NCBI GenBank assembly: GCA_965205025.1
Contig: CBDBFU010000031.1
Coordinates: 1 to 64,000, forward strand
Source: Candidatus Poribacteria bacterium
Lineage (GTDB): Bacteria > Poribacteria > WGA-4E > WGA-3G
DNA length: 64,000 bases
Direction: 5' to 3'
Made by a program: the position numbers and the translations under genes. The notes beneath the pieces were generated by a model. The model did not search any database and was not told where the DNA came from. It worked only from the letters and a program-made list of their open reading frames with translations. Positions 39,609-50,182 of this stretch are shown in pieces; position 1 is the stretch's first letter; every line of letters starts with the position of its first letter.

Positions 39609-40181
39609 ATGGATATTCCAAAAATTATAGTAATTGGAGAAAATTCTCAAGCGGGAACTTATGTACTTCGTATTCTGTTACATAAAGACATTGAGTTAAA
39701 ATTTGGTCGATTTAAAAAAGGAAAACTTATTCACTTACCAGAGGGTGTTTATACCTATGTTGGTTCTGCCTTATCAGAGAAAGGGGCGACATCCTTGGCA
39801 CGGCGACTTGTACGACATGCTACCCGGTCAGGTGAAAAACCACCACATAATATAAGAGATGAGATGTTATGTCGGTTTCAAGAAATTGGATTAGGACCAC
39901 AAAACCCATTACCAAAGAATGGAAAGAAATTGTTCTGGAACATTGACCATTTATTAGATTTAGATATAGCCGAAATTATCAACATAATTGCAATAAGATC
40001 TACTGAAAGGTTAGAGAGCAATATAGCTGAATATTTAGAAAATGACCCTGAAACCCAAATTATAGAGAAAAGTTTGGGTGCTAATGACTCACCAAAGAAT
40101 ACACATGTATTATATGTCATTAATGACGAACAATGGTGGGTAACACTTTCAAACAATTTGAAGAAAATATTTATGAAGTAA
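39609..40181 (+). CDS. GIY-YIG nuclease, DUF123 family
   Basis: GTYVL...G.YTYVGSA...L.RRL.RH...WNIDHLL..E..GAND. Confidence 0.8.
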   Translation: MDIPKIIVIGENSQAGTYVLRILLHKDIELKFGRFKKGKLIHLPEGVYTYVGSALSEKGATSLARRLVRHATRSGEKPPHNIRDEMLCRFQEIGLGPQNPLPKNGKKLFWNIDHLLDLDIAEIINIIAIRSTERLESNIAEYLENDPETQIIEKSLGANDSPKNTHVLYVINDEQWWVTLSNNLKKIFMK

Positions 40182-40323
40182 CGTCAGTTTGATAATAAAA
40201 AATGTCAGTTCGATAAACAGAATTTTGCCCCTGAAGATAGTCTTTGTAGCACAAACTTTCCAGTTTGTGCACTCTGGTCTTAACTAAAAGTTCGGGTTAC
40301 AATGTATCTTATCAAACTCACGT
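40181..40323. mobile_element. 143-bp MITE with 15-bp TIR and 9-bp target duplication
   Basis: ACGTCAGTTTGATAA / TTATCAAACTCACGT; TATGAAGTA at 40172-40180 and 40324-40332; internal REP GTAGCACAAACTTTCCAGTTTGTGC. Confidence 0.85.
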
Positions 40324-40402
40324 TATGAAGTAACTATCAGGTAACTATACTCATTCTTGATATATAGAAAATACTATTTGCTATTTGATAAAAGAGAGAT
40401 AT

Positions 40403-41518
40403 ATGTACGACCCACGATTTGATAAACTGGCGAATGTTCTAACGGCACATTCCACAAAAATCCAACCGGATGAGTGTGTACTTATAGAAGGTATCGAAAT
40501 TCCCCAGGAGATGGTGATTGCGCTTATCCGATCAGTTCGGAAAGCAGGTGGAATTCCATTCGTTGAAATCAGACAGACCCGAATACAACGCGAAATTATT
40601 CTTGGTGGAACTGATGAAGGAATTAAACTAATTGGAGATTATGAATGCTATCGGATGAAACAAGTACAGGCTTATATAGGTATACGTGGTAGTCATAACA
40701 TCACTGAAATGTCAGATGTTCCAACTGAAGCAATGCAAAGATATCAGAAGTATTTATCACGTCCTCTCAATGACATAAGAATACCAAATACAAAATGGGT
40801 GGTCTTGCGTTGGCCTCATCCTGCAATGGCACAACAAGCCTCTATGAGTACTGAAGCATTTGAAGACTATTACTTTGATGTATGCACTCTTGACTATAGT
40901 CTCATGGAAAAGGCAATGGAACCATTAACAGAAATGATGGAGAAGACAGATGAAGTACATATAAAGGGAGAAAATACAGATTTACAATTTAGCATCAAGA
41001 ATATACCAGTAATTCCTTGTGCAGGAGAATATAACATTCCTGATGGTGAATGTTTTACATCGCCTGTCCGTGAGTCTGTAAATGGTAAAATCCATTTCAA
41101 TACACCTACTATTTATCAAGGTACGACATTCACGGATGTCTGTCTTCATTTTGAAAACGGTAAAATAGTTGATGCTACAAGTAATCATACTGAAAAACTA
41201 AACAATATACTTGATACCGATGAAGGTGCACGGTATATTGGAGAATTTGCTATTGCATTCAACCCATATATTACGAATCCTCTACTGGATATTCTTTTCG
41301 ATGAAAAAATTGCAGGATCTTTTCATTTTACACCAGGACAAGCCTATGAAGAAGCAGATAATGGGAACAGATCTGCTGTGCATTGGGATATGGTAATGAT
41401 TCAAACACCAGAATTTGGGGGTGGAGAAATATACTTTGATGGAGAACTCATTCGAAAAGATGGTCTATTTATTCACTCAGAACTACAAGGTCTAAATCCT
41501 GACAATCTCGTCAGATAA
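40403..41518 (+). CDS. Aminopeptidase, M29 (thermophilic metalloprotease) family
   Basis: NIPDGECFTSP, TDEGARYIGEFAI, LFDEKI.GSFH...G.AY, SAVHWDMV. Confidence 0.92.
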   Translation: MYDPRFDKLANVLTAHSTKIQPDECVLIEGIEIPQEMVIALIRSVRKAGGIPFVEIRQTRIQREIILGGTDEGIKLIGDYECYRMKQVQAYIGIRGSHNITEMSDVPTEAMQRYQKYLSRPLNDIRIPNTKWVVLRWPHPAMAQQASMSTEAFEDYYFDVCTLDYSLMEKAMEPLTEMMEKTDEVHIKGENTDLQFSIKNIPVIPCAGEYNIPDGECFTSPVRESVNGKIHFNTPTIYQGTTFTDVCLHFENGKIVDATSNHTEKLNNILDTDEGARYIGEFAIAFNPYITNPLLDILFDEKIAGSFHFTPGQAYEEADNGNRSAVHWDMVMIQTPEFGGGEIYFDGELIRKDGLFIHSELQGLNPDNLVR

Positions 41519-41531
41519 TATTGGAGTACTT

Positions 41532-42968
41532 ATGTCACAAACACCAAATATACTTTTTCTTCTAACTGATCAACAACGATACGATTCCTTAGGGTGTAAC
41601 GGGGCATCAATTTGCCAGACACCTGCAATTGATAGTATAGCAGCATCAGGAATGCGTTTTTCAAAGACATATACTCCAATTGCCCTCTGTTCCCCTGCTC
41701 GTGGTTCATTACTTACAGGATTATATCCACATAATCACGGACAACTCTCCAATATGGGTAACTTTAATGGCGTTTTTTCAGATCAAATTCTTGATAAACC
41801 TGCCTATCCTCAACTCCTTAAAGATAGTGGATATAATGTGTCATGTATAGGTAAATGGCATCTTGCTAAACAGGGAGACACTGAGTTTTGGGGTTATGAT
41901 AAGTGGCATCCCTATAATGAATGGCATCAAATGCTAAAAGAGGATGGTATTGATTATAGGATTGATCAAGATGCTGTACAACCCTATGAATGGGGAGGTG
42001 ATGCCCCCTTTTATGGCGAACTCCCACTTCCCGTTGATAAAACGATGGAAGCATGGACAGCTGATAAGACTATAGATCTTCTGAATGGATATAGAGACTC
42101 TGAAAAACCATTTATGATAGCTGCTAATTTTTTTGGTCCCCACTTCCCGTATGCTGTTCCTGAACCTTATTTATCAATGTATGACCCAGATTCAGTTGAA
42201 CGATGGGGTAACTTTGATGAATTGTTCATCAATAAACCTTTAATACAACAGAAAGAGATGTTAAGATGGAATTCAAGTCATCTGACTTGGGAAGATTGGC
42301 AAAAGGTTATTGCTGCATATTGGGGATTCTGTACCTTAATAGACGATCAAGTTCAACGAATATTAAATTCCCTTGAAGAAAATGGATTGAACGAAAATAC
42401 AATAGTTATCTTTTCTACTGATCATGGTGATATGCTTGGAAGCCATCGTCTATTTAACAAAGGATTCCACATGTATGAGGAAACACATCACATCCCATTG
42501 GTTATCAGATGGAATGAAGTCACTGCTCCAGGTACAACCTGTAATGAATTTGTTAATCTGGTTGATTTAATGCCAACCTTCTTAGAAATTGGGAATGCAC
42601 CTATACCTGATAATCTTGACGGGAGATCCATTGTGCCATTGCTCAAGGGTAATACAGTAGACGATTGGAACGATGATGTGTTCGCTGAATTCCACGGATA
42701 TGAACCGACTCTTGCAACAGTTAGGATGGTTCGGACTGATAATTGGAAATACGTATACAATCCATATAGTGAAGATGAACTTTATGATATGAAAAGTGAT
42801 CCACATGAACTTCATAACCTGGCTAATCATCTCGGTTTTAAACATGTATTACGCCGTATGAAAGACAGAATGGTGAAATGGTTACAAGAAACGAAAGATA
42901 ATATCGTAATGGAAGGTGGCTGGCAGAGCAACTCATTCGATTTACTTATCTCTGATCGTGAAAGATAA
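41532..42968 (+). CDS. Sulfatase (formylglycine-dependent)
   Basis: PNILFLLTDQQR, CSPARGSLLTG, GKWH, PH.PY, STDHG, ELYD...DP.E..N. Confidence 0.93.
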   Translation: MSQTPNILFLLTDQQRYDSLGCNGASICQTPAIDSIAASGMRFSKTYTPIALCSPARGSLLTGLYPHNHGQLSNMGNFNGVFSDQILDKPAYPQLLKDSGYNVSCIGKWHLAKQGDTEFWGYDKWHPYNEWHQMLKEDGIDYRIDQDAVQPYEWGGDAPFYGELPLPVDKTMEAWTADKTIDLLNGYRDSEKPFMIAANFFGPHFPYAVPEPYLSMYDPDSVERWGNFDELFINKPLIQQKEMLRWNSSHLTWEDWQKVIAAYWGFCTLIDDQVQRILNSLEENGLNENTIVIFSTDHGDMLGSHRLFNKGFHMYEETHHIPLVIRWNEVTAPGTTCNEFVNLVDLMPTFLEIGNAPIPDNLDGRSIVPLLKGNTVDDWNDDVFAEFHGYEPTLATVRMVRTDNWKYVYNPYSEDELYDMKSDPHELHNLANHLGFKHVLRRMKDRMVKWLQETKDNIVMEGGWQSNSFDLLISDRER

Positions 42969-42981
42969 GTAGGAATACAAT

Positions 42982-43731
42982 ATGCTGGAAGAATCAATCG
43001 AACATTTAGACACATTTGGATATTGTTTGATAGAAAATGCCATTCCTGCTGATTATGCTGTTGAAATGGCGGAAAAATACTACCAACTCCATCAAGATCC
43101 TGTCAATAGAGAGTATTTTCAAAATCCAAACGATGACTTGTATCAAACTCTCTTTGGTGTTGCTAATCTTGATGAGATGTGTTGGGATTGTATTGCTCAT
43201 CCACAAGTATTAGATGTTGTTCGACATTTTATTGGTGATAAAGTCCGTCTTGGAGAAGCATGTACAAAGTGGGTAAAACCGGGTGCTGGACCAGGGGGAA
43301 TTCATACAGATTCAACCCATGACTTACCTAAGAATCTCCCTGAAACACCTTGGATGATTAATACTATATGGATGATAACAGATTTTACTGTTGAAAATGG
43401 TGCCACTGTTGTTGTTCCATTCAGTCATAAATCAAGACGAAGACCGACAGGTGCAGATCTTTCTGAATGTATCCCTATCCCAATATCTGGGAAACGGGGT
43501 TCTGTTCTATTGTGGCAAGGAGGAACTTGGCATGGAAATGGAGCAAATACCTCAAATAACCAACATCGAATGGCACTGAATATTGCTTATTATCCTGCTT
43601 GGTGGAATCTCATGCGTGAAGGTGGACATCAACCCATTTATCCTGAAGTATATGAAAGAATGCCTGTGACACTTCAGGAACTGGTCAAACACAAAGTAGC
43701 AAAGCGGAGAGAAGACATTTACGAAAACTAA
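42982..43731 (+). CDS. Phytanoyl-CoA dioxygenase (PhyH) family protein
   Basis: HTD, DFTVENGAT..VP.SH, WHG...N. Confidence 0.9.
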   Translation: MLEESIEHLDTFGYCLIENAIPADYAVEMAEKYYQLHQDPVNREYFQNPNDDLYQTLFGVANLDEMCWDCIAHPQVLDVVRHFIGDKVRLGEACTKWVKPGAGPGGIHTDSTHDLPKNLPETPWMINTIWMITDFTVENGATVVVPFSHKSRRRPTGADLSECIPIPISGKRGSVLLWQGGTWHGNGANTSNNQHRMALNIAYYPAWWNLMREGGHQPIYPEVYERMPVTLQELVKHKVAKRREDIYEN

Positions 43732-43755
43732 TACCAGTTCTATATACTAATCCCC

Positions 43756-44598
43756 TTACACTTTTTCAACAAAATCACAACCTTTTTGAAACCACTCTCT
43801 GAGAATTGTATTCTCATTATATGTACGTTTTGCTATATACCCACTTGCTTTCGTGAGATCTAAGGTTGTAGATATAACTGTATCACCAAAGAATCCTGCT
43901 TCTTCAATCACATTTCCATTCGGATGAATTATCTTCGAATTACCATGTGACGATCCTGGATCTCTTATATTATCAGGATTAGCAGGGGTGTTTGACATGA
44001 CAAGATATATCCCATTTTCGGTTGCACGGGAAATAGGCATTGCTCTATAAGCTGACAACTTTGCTTCAGAGAGTAATCCTGATTCACATGAACAGAAAAA
44101 GCATATCTTCGCTCCCATAGCTGCAGGAAGTTTTACTAATTCCGGATACCGTACATCATGACATATAATAAAACAACAATCTACACCAGCAAGTTCAACA
44201 ATAGGCAACTTTCCTGTATTATTCGTACACCATTTTTCACCAGCAAGGAACGTCTTTCCATATCTATATTTTAGAGTCCCTTGTTGATTAATTATAGCTA
44301 AGTCATTATGCCAATTCTCTCCATCATGGTGTGCTGATCCGACAATTACTGCAATATTATGTTGCCTTGCAGCCTCTGCAATTTTTGCTTCTGACTCTTT
44401 AAACGCTTGTGGAGAAATACTGTTCCAATAGTCGGTATCACAACAGTATCCAAACAGACATCCTTCAGGAAATGCAACTATTTCCATATCTTCATCAGCA
44501 CATATTTCTATATAATGTAGTACCTTTTCGGTACTCGTGTTAACATCTTTACTTGTAAGTAATTGACACGCTGCAACATTTATTCTACCATTCTTCAT
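43756..44598 (-). CDS. Carbon-nitrogen hydrolase (nitrilase family)
   Basis: FPE, YGK, ICHDVRYPE catalytic triad, RATEN, G.S.II.PNG. Confidence 0.9.
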   Translation of the reverse strand: MKNGRINVAACQLLTSKDVNTSTEKVLHYIEICADEDMEIVAFPEGCLFGYCCDTDYWNSISPQAFKESEAKIAEAARQHNIAVIVGSAHHDGENWHNDLAIINQQGTLKYRYGKTFLAGEKWCTNNTGKLPIVELAGVDCCFIICHDVRYPELVKLPAAMGAKICFFCSCESGLLSEAKLSAYRAMPISRATENGIYLVMSNTPANPDNIRDPGSSHGNSKIIHPNGNVIEEAGFFGDTVISTTLDLTKASGYIAKRTYNENTILREWFQKGCDFVEKV

Positions 44599-44613
44599 AT
44601 AGTTAATCCTTTT

Positions 44614-46233
44614 CTACATGTTTTGTGTAGACTTTTTCTTATATTTAATCAGTACAAAGAAGCCTCCGATTACTAAGATTGTATATGCTCCTATATAAAC
44701 CCATAAATGAATAAATCGGGCTAAAAATAACACTCCTACCAATAATGCTAATGCAAATGTATAGAGAATTATAGATAAACACCCAGAACCAATTTCACCT
44801 TCAACAACTTCTTCAGAAAGAGGAAGACCAGATTCTGGTTTTGGATATGTAGTTATAGATAAGAGAAGAAGTACTAAACCTGGTAATACATAGAAAATTC
44901 CATATATTCCCCAAAAGTAAGTAGATGCTAAAAATGCAATCAATGACCAAGGAATCAAAAGATTGAATAAAACTGTAGATTCTACACCTCGCCACATCGC
45001 AGCAGTATTACCATAAGGAGATAGAGAGAGTATCCAATTAGCTCTCCAATGTTGTGAATAACGAACTGCTTGTAAGAATCCAAGCGACATTGTCATTCCA
45101 AAATATCCATAAAATGCAATAAATCCAGGACTTAGACCCAAGGCATAATTGTATGTAATATATTCAATTGGATATATTTTCCGAATAAAGAATATTATGA
45201 ACATAATTAGCACAGGTAATGATCCAGCCCACACTTGACTAATGACTTTCTTGTCGCGACGCAGGTAAAGTGCACATAAGCAGAAACTCGCATAGGTTTC
45301 AGGAATTTTAAAAAATCTTGAAAGTATACTCTTTCTTATACGTAGCTTCTTCCTACTTCTATCTATGTTTTCCAAGAGAAATGCAAGATAAGCAGCATAA
45401 GTCTTGGCAATACTTCGAAGAGGAATCATTATCAATATAAGAGTTGATCCTAATGCAACTCCTGTAAGTAATAAATCCCTTTGAAAACCTGTTCTGTTGA
45501 TATTACTGACTACAAGTGAGACTATACCAGCAAACCAACCTATAGGTAGATAACTAAGGTATTTAACAATAGAATCATAATGTTCCTGGAAGAATTCAAT
45601 AGGAATTAAATAGAAACTAAGAGGAAATAAAATCGGCAAGAAAAATTGAGCCGATTTCGCGATTTTTTGTAACTTTCTAATTGAATATAGCTTTGTCAAA
45701 TATCCTGCAAACGCTGCCATCACACCAATTGTAAAAAAGCCTGATAAGAATGCAACTGGTAGATAGAAGATAGGAAAAAAATAACGGACACTTGTAAGAT
45801 CTTCCCCTTTTAAAAAGATGCCACACATTGAAGGGAAAAGATTTAAACAAAATAATAGGATGACGGACGATTTTAATATTTGCGTTAACTTCACCATAAA
45901 ATATGTTCGTGAGGATATTGGTGTATGTGCAATTACTTGATAATAAATAGGACTAAGAAGATTATCAAAATATGGAAGTCCCCACATTGCAACTATACCC
46001 ATCGACATTGAGACACCGATAATCGTGTAGATAAATACATCAATTCCTAAGAAAACAATAAGGGCAGAAAAAATACTTATGAAAAAACTAAAAACACAAT
46101 ATAGTGTCAGTGATAGTTTAGCAATACCTTGTTTTCCTTCATTGGCGCGGTCTTCAAGTACTCTTTCGTTATCCATCAAGAGTTTATAATGAACGGGATC
46201 TGCACCAAATCTAACAGCGAATTTTTCAAACAT
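44614..46233 (-). CDS. ABC exporter permease (putative)
   Basis: Many TMs, TPISSRTYF..K motif, adjacent to an ABC ATPase. Confidence 0.75.
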   Translation of the reverse strand: MFEKFAVRFGADPVHYKLLMDNERVLEDRANEGKQGIAKLSLTLYCVFSFFISIFSALIVFLGIDVFIYTIIGVSMSMGIVAMWGLPYFDNLLSPIYYQVIAHTPISSRTYFMVKLTQILKSSVILLFCLNLFPSMCGIFLKGEDLTSVRYFFPIFYLPVAFLSGFFTIGVMAAFAGYLTKLYSIRKLQKIAKSAQFFLPILFPLSFYLIPIEFFQEHYDSIVKYLSYLPIGWFAGIVSLVVSNINRTGFQRDLLLTGVALGSTLILIMIPLRSIAKTYAAYLAFLLENIDRSRKKLRIRKSILSRFFKIPETYASFCLCALYLRRDKKVISQVWAGSLPVLIMFIIFFIRKIYPIEYITYNYALGLSPGFIAFYGYFGMTMSLGFLQAVRYSQHWRANWILSLSPYGNTAAMWRGVESTVLFNLLIPWSLIAFLASTYFWGIYGIFYVLPGLVLLLLSITTYPKPESGLPLSEEVVEGEIGSGCLSIILYTFALALLVGVLFLARFIHLWVYIGAYTILVIGGFFVLIKYKKKSTQNM

Positions 46234-46234
46234 A

Positions 46235-47005
46235 CTAAGTAGTCTCAGTTATAATACGAAGAGCTTCGTTGGTTCTATCTTCAATACCTGTTGTCTCAGT
46301 GAGTTGAACAAAAATCTCATTCAATGCATCTTGGTTAGTTTGTTGTCTCAATTCTTCAACAGGTGCATCAGCAATTAATTTACCTTCATTGATAATTAGT
46401 ATACGGGGACATAGTGCTTCAGCCACCTCAAGGATATGTGTACAATAGAGAATTGTCATACCTAATTCTGCTAAACGTCTTAGCAACGACTTCAAAAACG
46501 TCACTGTAGTTACATCCAGATTAGTGAAGGGTTCATCAAAAAGCAAGACTTCTGGATTATGTAGTAAAGCACCCATTATTAGACATTTCTGACGCATTCC
46601 TTGTGAAAAACTACTGATTCTTTGATGAGCCTGTTCTTCCATTTCAAAAAGCTTGGTGAATTCAGTTATTTTATGTGTAATTAGGTGTTCCTTAAGATGA
46701 TATAACCGACCAATTAGTTGCAGATGTTCTACTAAAGTCAGATGCTCATATAATTGCGCTTCTTCAGGTATATAACCAACGCGTTGTTTTAGTTCTAATT
46801 GGTGGGTCTTTACGTTAAATCCTGCCACAGTAATATCTCCGGACGTTGATTCCAGAAGACCAACTAACATCTTCAATGTAGTGCTTTTTCCTGCTCCATT
46901 AGGTCCGAGATATCCAACCATTTCTCCATTTCCAATTGTAAAACTGATATCGTCTACTGCTATATTTTGCCCGTATTCTTTTGTTAAATTCAATACTTCA
47001 ATCAC
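46235..47005 (-). CDS. ABC transporter ATP-binding protein
   Basis: GPNGAGKST, FSQGMRQK, LLFDEP, CTH. Confidence 0.95.
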   Translation of the reverse strand: MIEVLNLTKEYGQNIAVDDISFTIGNGEMVGYLGPNGAGKSTTLKMLVGLLESTSGDITVAGFNVKTHQLELKQRVGYIPEEAQLYEHLTLVEHLQLIGRLYHLKEHLITHKITEFTKLFEMEEQAHQRISSFSQGMRQKCLIMGALLHNPEVLLFDEPFTNLDVTTVTFLKSLLRRLAELGMTILYCTHILEVAEALCPRILIINEGKLIADAPVEELRQQTNQDALNEIFVQLTETTGIEDRTNEALRIITETT

Positions 47006-47274
47006 TTCTCTATTCCCTGTATATGTTTGATTAGGATAATAATGACAACATATATCTTATATCATAAAATCACCTAAGTTTCCACTTATTGGAATACCTT
47101 GGGTGTAAAGTTTCTGGCATAAACAAGCATAGAATCAATTTGTGCGGAATTTCAAGAGGAATCTAACAATTGTTCATGTTCTATCCTTGAATAATAGCAT
47201 AGGGTATGGTAATATAGATATAGTAATTATTATGAATTATAAATAATATCTAATAAGCACCGGAGACCAAATGA

Positions 47275-50178
47275 ATGCCACGCTGGTTAGTTTTAATATT
47301 AATTTTTAATATCGGATTGACTTGGAATTTTACTGGCTTTACTCAACTATCACAAGAACAGACAAATCCATCTCAACCATCCAATGATAAGATATCATCC
47401 AAAATCTTATCTTCTAAACTTATTGGGAGAATCGTATGGGAAGGATTCGATCTCTCACATACAAATGTATCTGTATATCGTGATGATAAGTTTAGAGAAC
47501 TCTATACAAGTGGACTATCACTATCTTCTACCGGTAGTTTTGAATTAAATGTTGAACCAGGTAGATATTTTATAGTTGCTTATGTAGATCTTGATGGTTC
47601 AGGTAAGTTTGATGAAGGTGATGGATATGGTGTATTAGGGATCTCAGACTGGGAAGATCAAACACAAAAACATCAGGGGGTTGATGTTGGTGCAAACACT
47701 GAACTAAAAGGAATAGAAATTCAGATCACTGCACGTTTACAACGAATTGGTACTGGAAGAAAATTGGTTTCTGCTTCTAAATATCAACCCAGTGAATTTC
47801 AACAATTCAGGACAGAATTAAGCAAAGTAACATCTGGATGTCGTGGCATACTAAGATCTAAGTTAAACCTTACAGATATAAACCAACAGAAAATTGTCCT
47901 TGCTTATACAGATACATCTTGGAAATATAGAGCAGGCATATCTATTGTAGACAAAAGAGACTGGAACTTGGGAACTTCGATTGAAACCAGGGAAATATTA
48001 CTTGATGGCTATTTATGATAGGAATTCCAGTAACAGACTTGATGATGGTGATGTATTTGGGTTTTATGGTGTACCAGATATTAAAAACACAGGGCGCATT
48101 TCCAGTTCCTGTATTGATTCAACGTAACACATTCACTGAAAACTTAGAAATACATGCTAATGCTGTATATAATACAAAACCAAAAACAGACACTACAAAA
48201 ATCAATGCATATATTGCAGGTCGTGTTATACCTGTTCCAGAACCAGATAAAGAAGTACGTATAGAGGTATATCCCACTTCTGCCCTGGTTAATCCCGTTG
48301 CCAGTGGAATTGCAGACGAAGAAGGTAGATTCACATTTAAGTTACCAATTGGCAGATATTATATAATTGCAAATCATGATAAAGATGGTGATGGTCGATA
48401 TAGTAAAGGTGATACACTTGGTGGTTGGGGTACAAACTCTATTTCTACAATTCCACCAAAACTAATCGTCCTTGAAGAAGGTGAAACAAGAACAATCAAT
48501 ATTCAAATGAGTGCACAATATGATACGAATGGACAACTCACTGAATTAACTGTAGCAGATGAACCCTTTCTTCCAGGTAAATTTGGTGAGAGTGGTTTGG
48601 ACTGATGGAATCCCTGAAGGAAAAATGGGCAGTATAACAGGGAAGATTACATCATTTTTCTCTAATACACATATAACTATGAGAAGTCAGACTGAATCAA
48701 CAAACAATGATTTGCCTAAACCAGATGGTATACTTAGTCTTTCTACATCACCAAAATTCCGTAATCCAACATGGGTGCCACTCTTTTTAGATGAAGATGG
48801 ATCATTTCTTGTTGATGTTCAACCTGGTAAATATTACGTCATGGCTGTAGTTGATGTTAATAAGGATGGACAATCTGGTACATCAGATGGCATTGGTATA
48901 TTTGGTACACATCAACCCGTTAGAGGAAATCCAGCAACGATTACTGTTTTTCCAGGTAAAACTACATCACATGTAGATATTGATATTATGGCATCCTATG
49001 TGGATGAAAAAGGCACAATGGCGGAACTGTCTGATGGTGGTCAATGGAATATAGCAAGAATGTATGGTGAACCTGAGGATATGTTTAAGTATACACAGAA
49101 TGGGAAATCCGTTGAAGAATGGATGTATTGGACCAGAGGATTAGGCTTTACATTTGAAGCAGATGGATCTGGGTGGAAACTTAAAGAGAAAAAAGAATTC
49201 AAACCGAATTCAGATAATATACTACAAGATACTAAACAAACTGAAATAGAGAACAAAGATAACAACAATTTCAAGGATGATATTCCAATTAATGTAAACC
49301 CATCAACCTTCTCACTTGCTGCAGATAAGGTTTCTATATTTTATAGTCATGATGGTGTCTTATGGAGGATCGCTCCTTCCACAGGAATAATTCAGCCAGA
49401 TAATAAACAGGGTGAACAACTCTCCAAACTTATAGATTCGCGAGTTGCCCCTCTGGGTGCAGGTTTCAATCCATCAGTCTCTGACAATGGTGCATTGGTT
49501 TATCATGATCTTGATAACAATGTGATTCTTCAGGATGTTATTACAGGAAATAGAACAATTCTTTTAGATAGCCGTGAACTTGCTAATGATGTAACAATTT
49601 CTCCTGATGGTGAATATATCGCATATTCTTTATCTAAAAGTCCTGAACGTAGTCGTATTCTTATACGACATATCCGTACAGATAAGGTATTCCAAATTCC
49701 TTCAACAGCAATGGAAATGACGAACCCTTCATGGAGAAGAGATGGAAAAATGATTGCTTATGCTACTGCTGGCACAATCGAGAATCCAAACTCAAAGGAC
49801 AATAGAAATATTTATGCCTACGATCAAGTTAACAATAGTATAAAACCCGTAGTAATATCATCAGCAGATGATGCTGAACCTTCTTGGCATCCAACAGAAA
49901 CAAACATCCTTGCTTTCTCCAGAAGTAAAGATGGACAAACACGTCAAATATGGTTAGTAACCTATTCATCCGATGGAAAACCTACAGAAAGGAAAATCAC
50001 AGAAATGGGAGGAAGTAAACCTGTCTGGGTTCCATCTCAGGGAAGTTGGTTACTCTATGAAAACAATGGACAAATATGGACAGTTGATATCCATAATCTT
50101 GGCAGTGAATCACCATTAATGAGTAATGGTAAAGTTGTATTTGGCTATCAACCAGTAGCAATTATATCGGAGAAGTAA
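47275..50178 (+). pseudogene. Secreted protein with repeated beta-sandwich/DxDxxG modules and C-terminal TolB-like propeller, split by three +1 frameshifts
   Basis: Three ORF pieces share the module PG.Y..(A/V)..D.D.(S/D)G....GD..G; frame is restored by removing one base near 47953, 48083 and 48599; WD40/PD40-like SPDG and P.W repeats at the end. Confidence 0.75.
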
Positions 50179-50182
50179 AATC

